56,601 bases of DNA from an uncultured Lentisphaerales bacterium. Lineage in GTDB: Bacteria > Verrucomicrobiota > Lentisphaeria > JABSQK01 > UBA12247. The translations under genes were made by a program, and so were the position numbers. The stretch is taken from contig CALSSJ010000028.1 in NCBI GenBank assembly GCA_943788985.1, positions 1 through 56,601 on the forward strand, read 5' to 3'. The notes under the pieces were generated by a model. That model saw nothing but the letters and a program-made list of their open reading frames with translations. It did not search any database and had not been told where the DNA came from. Positions 29,788 through 38,645 of this stretch are shown piece after piece (positions within the stretch are counted from its first letter, which is position 1; each line of letters begins with the position of its first letter).

Positions 29788-31428
29788 ATGTCACGTTCTA
29801 CGCTTGGTCTGGCATCCAAAGTCGCCTCTCGATTGTATTTGAGTACGTTAGGCCACCGTATCCACTCGATGACACTGTGGGGAGGTGTGGTGTTTCTATG
29901 CCTGCTGCTGGGTATGCGCTTAACCGGACTGGTGCAGGGGAGCGTCTCCCTATGGACTACCTGCGCTGTGCCCATTGTGGGCGGACTGATTGCCTTTCTA
30001 GTCACGCGAGGTCCCGGGCTCCGAGACGCGGCGCGGGCTGCCGACCAGTCTGCGGGGACCAAGGACTTGTTCCTCACCAGCGTCTTGGCTCATGAGAATG
30101 ACCCCTCCTTTATCGACCTGGTGCACCAGGAAGCGGATGCTCGGGCGGTCGCACTCACCGCGCTAACTATCGTCCCCTGGCGGCCTTGGCGTAGGGTTGC
30201 GAACATCGCAGCTTGCTGGCTGGTGCTGTTGATTGCAGTGGCCTTTGTGCCGACACTCGACCCGTTCTCGCAGCGCGAAAAAAGTGCCCAGAAAAGCAAA
30301 ATTCGTGAGCAATTGGCCGAGGCTCGCATTGCGACTGAAAAGCGCCTGGCCCAGCTTAAAAAGAAGAATCCCCAAGCGCAACATTCTGACGAAGTAAAGC
30401 AGGCCTTAAAAAGGGCGGTGGACTCGTTCAAAGCAATGGAGGTCGGGAAAAAGAAGGAGAACGAAAAGCGCTTTGCAGGCCGTCGCAAGGAGATCGCGAG
30501 CCTCTGGAAACGGAGCTCTCAGCAACAGATGCAGAATCGACCACGCCAGACGGGGCATCAGTTGGGCGGAGCTGACAGCCGGAAGACGCAGGAGTGGAAG
30601 CGTCAGCTGGCTCGGGGGGATGCAGCCGGCGTCAAGAAGGAGCTCGATCAGCTTAAGAAGCTTGCGCAACAGGCCAGCCAGGCTGGGAATGCAGAGAAGA
30701 AAAAGAAGCTCACGCAGGAGGTGGCAAATCGCACACGCACCTTGAGTCGGTTGATGCAGAAGTCGGCAGCATCGCAAGAGACACGAGACGCGCTGGCCCA
30801 GGCCATGCAGCAACTGGCGATGGCACAGAGTAGCGAACAAGCACAAGGCGCTCTGGAGCAGGCGCAGCAATCGCTCGATCTTGCCCAGCAGGAGATGGCT
30901 GGCGATGCGCAAAGCATGCGTGATCTCCAAGCCCTAGAAGAAGCACTGAAGGCGATTCGTACCGGACAGGAAGCAAATCAACTAGGAGAAGGGCTCAACG
31001 GGCAGGGGCAACTGGCATCCAGTGTGCAGGACTACAAGTCACTTTACGAATCACTGATTGGCCAAGGCAATTGCAAAGGCGGGAATTGCTCCGGTTGTTC
31101 TGGAAAAGGCTGTGGGAGCGGAGCCGGCAAAGGAATGGAGGGGCCAGGAAGAGGGCAGGGCGGATTGGCCAAAGAAAGTGGACAGGACACCGAGTTTCAA
31201 AAGTCCAGAGCCTCGTCCCAGCTGTTGTTAGATAAGAAAATGTTGCTCACCTGGAAGACCACCGGCCAGGCACCCGCTGGCGAGGTCGGCGTGGGCTTCG
31301 CTGAGACCGAACAGGTCAAGCAGCGCGTAAGTGAAGCAATTCTCAAGGAGCGGGTGCCAAGCAGCTACCACGAAAACGTGCGGGAGTACTTTGACTCCGT
31401 GGTGAAGGACCATGCGGCCGAGGAGTAG
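29788..31428 (+). CDS. Membrane-anchored Q/K-rich coiled-coil protein
   Basis: 546 aa; three N-terminal TM segments, long helical region, Cys/Gly-rich linker (CKGGNCSGCSGKGC), C-terminal ERVPSSYHENVREYF motif. Confidence 0.7.
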   Translation: MSRSTLGLASKVASRLYLSTLGHRIHSMTLWGGVVFLCLLLGMRLTGLVQGSVSLWTTCAVPIVGGLIAFLVTRGPGLRDAARAADQSAGTKDLFLTSVLAHENDPSFIDLVHQEADARAVALTALTIVPWRPWRRVANIAACWLVLLIAVAFVPTLDPFSQREKSAQKSKIREQLAEARIATEKRLAQLKKKNPQAQHSDEVKQALKRAVDSFKAMEVGKKKENEKRFAGRRKEIASLWKRSSQQQMQNRPRQTGHQLGGADSRKTQEWKRQLARGDAAGVKKELDQLKKLAQQASQAGNAEKKKKLTQEVANRTRTLSRLMQKSAASQETRDALAQAMQQLAMAQSSEQAQGALEQAQQSLDLAQQEMAGDAQSMRDLQALEEALKAIRTGQEANQLGEGLNGQGQLASSVQDYKSLYESLIGQGNCKGGNCSGCSGKGCGSGAGKGMEGPGRGQGGLAKESGQDTEFQKSRASSQLLLDKKMLLTWKTTGQAPAGEVGVGFAETEQVKQRVSEAILKERVPSSYHENVREYFDSVVKDHAAEE

Positions 31429-31431
31429 CAG

Positions 31432-33405
31432 GTGACCCAACTTCGCGAGCTTGCTGAGCGAATTGTCTTTTCACCATCGCTTGCGGACAAGTTGGTGCCA
31501 CTTGGTCGCTGGGTGGATACTGACCCCGGTAGTGGGCGGGAAGTAAGCATGCCGGCGCGCGCCAGTTCCATTGCGATTTGCACCAGTGGGCATACTCGGC
31601 ATGCCTTTCCGGCATTGAATGTATTGGCGCGTGAACGTGCCTGTGCGCTTCACTATTTCGCGAATCACGAATTGCTGGCGGTCGAACTGATGGCGCTGGC
31701 TTTATTGCGCTTTCCGGATGCGCCGCCGGCGTTTCGTAGGGCAATCGCAGCTACGCTGCGGGATGAACAGATTCATGTGGGGCTGTATCTCAAGCGGATG
31801 GAGGAGTGCGGTTGTACCCTCGGTGACTACTCGCTCAATGGCTTTTTCTGGAAGCATATCTCGAGCATGCAGTCGCCATTGGATTACATCGCCCGGTTAA
31901 GCCTGACTTTCGAACAGGCGAATCTCGACTATGCGCGGCACTATCAGCAGGCGTTCGCTACGATCGGGGATTCGGTAACGGCCTCCATTCTGGAGCGGAT
32001 TTATCAAGACGAGATCGCACACGTCCGGGTGGGAGCTACCTGGCTGGATACCTGGCGTGACGAAGGTGAGGACGATTGGCAAACCTACCAACGCGGACTG
32101 TCCTACCCAATGACTCCGGCTCGTGCTAAGGGGATTGGCTTCAACCGCGAAGGCCGCACCAAGGCGGGGCTGTCAGCTGGATTTATCGAGCACTTGCGTG
32201 TGTATGCACACTCAAAGGGTCGGCCAGCCACCGTCTGGCTTTTTAATCCTTCCTGCGAGGAGGAGGCCTATGGGGCTGCCCCCTCGGCGGGTGCCATGCA
32301 GCTTGCTGCGGATCTGGCAGTTCTCCCGGCCTACCTGGCGGCAGAGGATGACGTGGTGCTTGTACCGCAGGCTGTGGAGCTGGGATTTTTGAACAAACTC
32401 GCCGATTGCGGAATATGCCTGCCGGAACTGGTGCCGGCGGCGCCCGGTGCACTCGCAGACCGTGTAACCGGCGACTCGACGCCGTGGGGCTGGAGTCCAC
32501 AGGCTGACCAGCAACTGTTGGCAGTTGGGGCCCGAAGCCCGCGAGCCGCCCCCCCAGTGGTGCACAGTAAGGTCTGGAGTTGCGAACTCCGCAATACCTT
32601 CCAAGTTGGGCAAGAGAACTTCGACCCGCTGGCGGCGCTGACCCGGGTTTGCCGAAGTCCGGCAGAGTTGGAGGCGGCCGTGATGGCATGCGAGGCTGCC
32701 GGAGTCGTAGGCGTGGTGCTCAAGGCCCCGTTTGGTGTCGCCGGCCGAGGCAACAAGTTTTGCGAACTCCGCAATTTTCCAGATCGCTGGCTGCAGCGGG
32801 TCTGGCGTGAGCAGGAGGCTGTGATTTTGGAGGCCGCGGTAGATGTGGTCTGCGAGTTTTCCGCCCTATTCAAGGTGCACGACCGCGGTGCGCGGATGCT
32901 GGGATATACTAGGTTTGGGGCCGACGACACAGGCCAGTATAGCTGGTCGGCCGTGACCCGATCCTTTGACGGGATTCAAGCGGATGTGCGCCGGTTTCTG
33001 TCTGAGGGCCGTCTCTTGCATCGCACACAGCGACAGTTAGTGAAGCAGGTGGGGGCCGCGCTAGCTGAGCAGGGTTTTCGTGGCTTGGCAGGCATCGACT
33101 CTTTCGTCTATCGGATGGGAGATGCACTTGGCTTGCGCGGGATCAGCGAGGTGAATGCAAGAGCTACGATGGGACACGTGGCTCTCGCACTCCGCAAGCA
33201 TGTGCTTCCCGGAGTGCCTGCGAACTTCGCTATCCAACACGCCGGCGCTGTGAAGCTCCAAACTCCCAGTACCGCAGAGCGGGACGGCCAGGTCTTGCTC
33301 GCGCACGGGGCGATTTGTCTTACGCCGCGGCGGCGAGAAACGAGGTTCACCGCGGTTTTGGAGGTGGGGGACTGCTACCGCAGAAAAGGGCCGGGAGACT
33401 TCTGA
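31432..33405 (+). CDS. Ferritin-like diiron (DUF455-like) domain fused to an ATP-grasp-type ligase domain
   Basis: 657 aa; FANHELLAVE, DEQIH, FEQANLD, DEIAH diiron ligands; then FNPSCE, PWGWS, VLKAPFGVAGRG, GLAGID, EVNARATMG. Confidence 0.75.
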   Translation: MTQLRELAERIVFSPSLADKLVPLGRWVDTDPGSGREVSMPARASSIAICTSGHTRHAFPALNVLARERACALHYFANHELLAVELMALALLRFPDAPPAFRRAIAATLRDEQIHVGLYLKRMEECGCTLGDYSLNGFFWKHISSMQSPLDYIARLSLTFEQANLDYARHYQQAFATIGDSVTASILERIYQDEIAHVRVGATWLDTWRDEGEDDWQTYQRGLSYPMTPARAKGIGFNREGRTKAGLSAGFIEHLRVYAHSKGRPATVWLFNPSCEEEAYGAAPSAGAMQLAADLAVLPAYLAAEDDVVLVPQAVELGFLNKLADCGICLPELVPAAPGALADRVTGDSTPWGWSPQADQQLLAVGARSPRAAPPVVHSKVWSCELRNTFQVGQENFDPLAALTRVCRSPAELEAAVMACEAAGVVGVVLKAPFGVAGRGNKFCELRNFPDRWLQRVWREQEAVILEAAVDVVCEFSALFKVHDRGARMLGYTRFGADDTGQYSWSAVTRSFDGIQADVRRFLSEGRLLHRTQRQLVKQVGAALAEQGFRGLAGIDSFVYRMGDALGLRGISEVNARATMGHVALALRKHVLPGVPANFAIQHAGAVKLQTPSTAERDGQVLLAHGAICLTPRRRETRFTAVLEVGDCYRRKGPGDF

Positions 33406-33456
33406 CGGACTGCACAGTTTTTCCGCCGTCCAAATTCGTGCAATACATCAGATCCG

Positions 33457-34779
33457 TTGGTCTGGGAAAACTCGCAGGTCGCCAGTGGAAACTGCGTACG
33501 CGCTGCTACGGTATCAAATACGTACGATTGTGGCACGGTTATGCGCTTTAAGTCCTTCCTCTTCGCACAAGAAAAAATAATGCATCAAAAACATTTCACT
33601 TGGACATGGAGTAAGCGCGGCTTTGGCATATTCGTCTGGCAGGCGTGCTGCTGTTTGCTGCTGTGCGGGGTGCCGACACAGGCAGCTCCAAGCACCTCGC
33701 AGATCAAGGCTGAGATTCGTGAGGAAACCGACCGCCGGGTGAATCTTGAGTTAGATCAGGAATCAATGGCGTTGGAGTTGGGAATCTCCCTGCCGATTCA
33801 GCCGCCTGCGCTTCCTCTGGCAGAAGTCAAAGCCGAGTATCAAAGCGAGTTAGATACCCGGGTCAGAAAGGTCTTGCCGTTGGAACGCGAGCAGCGCCGC
33901 AAGCTGTACGAAAAGAAGGCTCGCGCGCATTATCAGATCTCGAAAATTCACGATCACGTTAAGGTGAAGCTGACGCGTGGGATTGAGCATTCGGGGATAT
34001 TGACTGAGCGGACACCGGAGCGGGTGAAAATAGGCTCGTTGTGGATTGCCGTCCGGGATTTAGACCGCGAATCCCGGGAACAGCTGGATCCAGCGGCTCA
34101 TGAAGAGAAGGTGGCCCGCGAGGCAAGAAAGCGCCTTGTGAAGGACGATTCGATCGTCGATGGGATTAAGAATGAGCTGAGGGAAGATTATACAAAGCAG
34201 TTGTTTGCTCGTCATGGATACGTGCGTCACAATCGTACTTGGGTGCCATTGCACGACGTGCTGGGCGAACGACTGAAGGCGGAGCGATTGACCTTGCGGA
34301 AGCGTCTGTACCCCTTGGTGAAGACTGAAATTCTGGAAGGATATGGCTATAGCTATGTCGAGGGGCGCTGGCTGGCCGCAGCCAATCTGGTCGCAGTGGC
34401 CGAAGTAGTAGCAAGCGCCGAGCCTGAGAAAACAGAGGACGCGCGGAAAGCGGAGGAAAAGCCTGATGGTATGGACGGGGCGCCGTCGCGCCCGCGGCCG
34501 ACATCAGAGAACGGTGTGGTGCTGGATTCACGCGGCAGGCAGATTGGTTTTCGGGATTGGGAGAATGCTAGCGAAGAGTGGGATTGGTCGTTCGCAAAGA
34601 AAAAGCCAGATCTCTCCGACCATAAAGAGTTAGAGGTCGATAACTCTGAATATGAAAATTATCTGAAGCGCCGAAAGAAGGAAGCAATGAAGCGTCATCG
34701 TGCGAGGGGGCCTGACAAAGAGGCCATACCGAAGTATACCGGAAAAGGCGAAGTGCTTCAAGGTTTTTTCAAATTATGA
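33457..34779 (+). CDS. Hypothetical exported protein (true start probably 33580 or later)
   Basis: Long ORF with a hydrophobic signal-like segment (CLLLCGVPTQA) and two GYxxxxxxW motifs; ATGA overlap with the next gene. Confidence 0.6.
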   Translation: MVWENSQVASGNCVRAATVSNTYDCGTVMRFKSFLFAQEKIMHQKHFTWTWSKRGFGIFVWQACCCLLLCGVPTQAAPSTSQIKAEIREETDRRVNLELDQESMALELGISLPIQPPALPLAEVKAEYQSELDTRVRKVLPLEREQRRKLYEKKARAHYQISKIHDHVKVKLTRGIEHSGILTERTPERVKIGSLWIAVRDLDRESREQLDPAAHEEKVAREARKRLVKDDSIVDGIKNELREDYTKQLFARHGYVRHNRTWVPLHDVLGERLKAERLTLRKRLYPLVKTEILEGYGYSYVEGRWLAAANLVAVAEVVASAEPEKTEDARKAEEKPDGMDGAPSRPRPTSENGVVLDSRGRQIGFRDWENASEEWDWSFAKKKPDLSDHKELEVDNSEYENYLKRRKKEAMKRHRARGPDKEAIPKYTGKGEVLQGFFKL

Positions 34780-36056
34780 AGAAGGCTTCGATTGCGCTTG
34801 GCGTGGCTCTGGGACTAGCTGGCGTTGGTGCCGCAGGCTATTTCCTTTGGCCAGTGCCAGCATACAGGATCGAGACGGAAACTCTGGATGTAAAAGTGTG
34901 GCGTACTGGGGCCAACGATTCTGAAATATGGCAGCAGATCATCGCTGTGTTCGAAGCAGATGAGAGCCTGGAAAAACCGTATTTCACCTTTGACGTGAGC
35001 TCAGAGCTATTACCAAATATTCCGGGCCAGTACTCCTTCCACGTGAAGGTGAAGAATGCAGACGGGTTTATGGTCGGGCACGGGCATCGGCATACTCGCC
35101 CGGATGCACTTCTCCAATGGGTGGACACGATCTACACGTTGGCGGCTGAGGATTATCTGGCCCAGCGCATGGATGACAGACCAGAGGGAATTGGGGAAGT
35201 CATGAAGATGCTCGAGTCCGCCTCCGGGGCTACGGCTCTCTCGATTTTGGTGGCTGTTTCCCGGGTAGACAGTGACCTGAAAGGGAACAAGGAATTGCTT
35301 AGAGTCGCACGGAAATTTCAGGAGCCGGAGCAAGAGCCGCCACTTCGTCATGCTGCGTTTCGGTGTATCTGTAAGTTGATCGATGAGGAGCATCCCGATG
35401 AGGACGTGCGAATGGCCGTGGGAGCCGCTGCTTTGGATGAGGACGACACGCTTTTCGGGATGGCTTCCGAACAACTGCAAAAATTTCCTAAGATGCGTGC
35501 TACAATTCTGGCCGCAGTTGCTGAAAATGGTCCGCCTAAGAGACACGGAGACTGTCTAGCTGAGCTGAGTAGAATGGCAACGGCCAGCGAAGGGGCAGCG
35601 GAGCAGGTAATTCGTATCGCTGAGGACAAGGAACGGCTCGATGAAACACGAATTGAAGCCATAGAGGTCCTCGCCAACTTCTGCAATTCCGACCCCAGGG
35701 TGCTTACCTGCCTGAAGAAGATGGCTCTGGACGAGGCCGAAGAAGAGGAGTTTCGCAAGGTCGCAAAAATAGCCTTCAAAGTTAACCAGTTGGCGGGAAC
35801 AACCTGGTTTGATGTGGAGCGACGGAAGCTCGTGCACTTTTACGCCTATGGAAATTCCGTTCATGTGCAGGCGGCCAGATCGTGGGATGAAAACGAGGCA
35901 GAGGTGATGTCTAGAAATGTCGTCAAGTGGAGATTAATTAATCAGGCGATCTGCTTTAACCCAGAGAGCAGTGATGGGGAATACCATCACGCAGGTGGCG
36001 CCTACAACGGAATGGACAGGTTGGTTCGGCAGGTCAAACGGAAGAAACGTCGATGA
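34776..36056 (+). CDS. Hypothetical membrane-anchored protein with HEAT-like helical repeats
   Basis: 426 aa; N-terminal TM anchor; LRHAAF, VRMAV, TRIEAIEVLA and FRKVA repeats. Confidence 0.6.
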   Translation: MKKASIALGVALGLAGVGAAGYFLWPVPAYRIETETLDVKVWRTGANDSEIWQQIIAVFEADESLEKPYFTFDVSSELLPNIPGQYSFHVKVKNADGFMVGHGHRHTRPDALLQWVDTIYTLAAEDYLAQRMDDRPEGIGEVMKMLESASGATALSILVAVSRVDSDLKGNKELLRVARKFQEPEQEPPLRHAAFRCICKLIDEEHPDEDVRMAVGAAALDEDDTLFGMASEQLQKFPKMRATILAAVAENGPPKRHGDCLAELSRMATASEGAAEQVIRIAEDKERLDETRIEAIEVLANFCNSDPRVLTCLKKMALDEAEEEEFRKVAKIAFKVNQLAGTTWFDVERRKLVHFYAYGNSVHVQAARSWDENEAEVMSRNVVKWRLINQAICFNPESSDGEYHHAGGAYNGMDRLVRQVKRKKRR

Positions 36057-37758
36057 ACGAAGTCTGCGAGATGCACCGCGAACCAGCGGTAGGTAAGTGT
36101 CAGTTCTGTGAGGGGCCGATCTGCCAAAGGTGCGTAGCAACCCTTGGTACTGTCTGTAGCGGTAATTGTGCGGAGGCCAAGGACCGTGCAAAGGGATTTC
36201 AGATCAGTGACCAACAGAAGAAGAAGAAGGAAAATGCCGAGCGGGTGGTAAGCTTGGTGAACAAGGTCTTCTTGGCGCTCGTCGCTTTGGTGCTGGTCTG
36301 CATCGCGTTCAGCACGTTTGTGCACTTCTATCGGATCTCTTTGCATCCGTATGCCAAGATCGGCTGGGAGTTTAAGCCAGAGGGGGAAACGGCGACCAGT
36401 GGTCCTAGAGGTGCGTGACAAGATCATGATCCTTTTGGATGGCACAAAGGTGAAGGCGATCAACGTGCTGAGCGGTGCTGTTGAGTGGTCCGTGGACGTT
36501 GAAGAAGACTGGAAGGAATTGAAGATTTGGGACGACCTTATTTTTGTGCAAAATTACGTAGAGATTCGCGTATATGATACGAAAGGAGGGGAGGTCTGGC
36601 AGAAGTTTCTTAATCCGAGGAGGAAGTATATCACCGCTGATAGGGACGCCGTCTTGCTTTACTCCGGGGAGACCTACAAACGAAAACGCGAGTATCTCCA
36701 CAATCCGGATACCGATGTGCGCACGAAGGTTGACCTCACTGAGGAAGAGAAGAAGTGGAAGCCAATCAAGCGCGGAGAGGTCATCGATAGGAAAGCCTGG
36801 CAGTTGCGTTGGCATCAGCACTACCTCGTTGCGGTCTCTCCTGAGACGGGGGAAGATTCCTGGGTAGCCAAGCTACCAGACGATGGTCGGGTTGGGACGT
36901 ATCGGGGCCGATGAAGGGATAGGCGTTTACGTGATGCATGATGACAAGCAGCGGTCCTGGCTCGTGGCATTCGAGCCGAAGAATGGTGAGCGACTGTGGA
37001 AGAAGGTGCTGCCGGAAGGGGCTTGGGGAAGGGCGCAGATTAAGGACGGAGTGATTAGTTGCGCAGGAGAAACCTTGATACGCTATTCCTTTGACGGCGA
37101 AGAACTGCCTGAGATGGCCAAGAAAAACGCCGATCTATACTCTCCCTACCGGTTCGGCATGGAGATAGAGAACGGCGGAGCCTGGAAGCAGGGCGCGATA
37201 CAGAATATTGGCGGAACTCTTTATCGAATGGAAGAGGATAAAGAGATTTGGCGCTACTCCATGCCCGGGGGAATTGTCTCATATGCGCTGCTCGATGATA
37301 TGATCGTGGCGATTGGCCACGCCACCGAGGAGGGCGGGGGGGCGAGCAGTGAGAGAAACGATTTTTTTGCCAATGTCAACATTGGAGCGAATGATGAGGA
37401 TGATGCAGGCGCCAAGGCCCTCAATAAACTGATTAACTCCAAGCTAAAGATCAACGACTGGGTCATGATTGGCATCGTTGCTGCCAGCGGTGAAAAAAAA
37501 TGGCAACATGATAATATCGCGGAATTGGTTGTGCCGTATGGCAATACTGCGGTGGTGATCGATCGCCGCTGGGGCACGAGCATTAAGCAGTTTCGACCCA
37601 AAGATGGAAAGGAGCTGTATGTCCGCCGGTACGAAGATAAGTACTTCTTCGCCCCTCAACTTCTGGAAGGCCAGCTCGTCGGGTATTGGTATCAGGACCA
37701 GCTCGACAATGGGCCCTCCCTTGGGATTATCGCCCTAAGCTTGAAGGACATGCAGTAG
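36053..37758 (+). CDS. B-box-like zinc finger + TM helix + PQQ-like beta-propeller protein (two frameshifts)
   Basis: CEMH...CQFC..PICQRC...CSGNC, a TM helix, then repeated A...G...W blades (AINVLSGAVEW, AVSPETGEDSW, AFEPKNGERLW). Removing one G near 36384 and one near 36890-36907 gives 567 aa. Confidence 0.75.
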
Positions 37759-37800
37759 TGACCGAGGCCCAGGCCTGCGCACACGAGCGCCACGCTCACG

Positions 37801-38135
37801 ATGTGGAGCTGCGGTGCGCATGGTCGCGAGAATAAGAAAACCGGGGTTCTAGAAGAGATTCAGCTTGAAAATCGCTTTAGAAACCCCAGCGGCGGCTGGA
37901 GCATGGATGATCACCATCCGGCCGGTCTCCATCCGGCATTCCATTTTCTGCCCTCTACTCGAGAAACGTGGAGGACCTGCTGTTCGCTAGGCGCAATATT
38001 TCGACATCGCACTCTGCGCTGTCGTCGACCCGTGTGGTGGCAACCTGCGCGGTGATTGGCCAGGCCGTGGGCACCGCCGCAGCATGGTGTAACGGGTACG
38101 ATTCGTGTCGGAGGCAACTTAGGAAGCCCCGTTAG
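37801..38135 (+). pseudogene. Internally deleted FAD-dependent oxidoreductase remnant
   Basis: MWSCGAHG..KKTGVLEEIQLENRFRNP is fused directly to [12 protein letters not shown], then in a shifted frame [50 protein letters not shown]; these are motifs of PF12831-type oxidoreductases. Confidence 0.8.
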
Positions 38136-38645
38136 CCACCGCCTTCAGTATCGATGATTGCGGGCAGGAGTTGGACCGGCGGCCGGTAATCCAGGATGGT
38201 GCCCCGGTTTCAGGATCGCGTGCGTGCGGTACCGGAGAGGGACCTCGAGGCACCGGAGTGCGATCCAGAGGATGCCAAGCAGACCGGCCTAAGCGCCTGA
38301 CGGATAGAGCCTGCGGGCAGATCGGGAACTTGCGAAGTGCGCACGGTCTAACGGCTCAGGAGCCGCGGAGATTCTGGCGGTCCGCGGGGGCTCTCCGTTC
38401 GATGTTTCTCGTCTCTGCTGTTTTCTGTGACCTTGCCACGCATGGGACAAGGATCTTGCGCAAAGATTGGGGCAAAATCGTTTGAACCTTCCAGCCTCCT
38501 CCTTACCTTGAGATAATTGCACGGAAGTCCGCGTAGCAGCGCCCCAAGATGGCGCAGATTATGGCAACTCCGCGCATCTATTCGGTTCCCTCCGGATATG
38601 CCGCTTTTATTCTCTCACCGTGATAAATCAGGGAGTCCACGCGCC

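Noticed and set aside
38136..38645. Cobalamin riboswitch or NrdR boxes upstream of nrdJ
   Set aside because: No recognisable B12-box or AGGGAA/GCCACTG core and no convincing NrdR palindrome by eye; an Rfam scan would be needed to exclude a divergent one.
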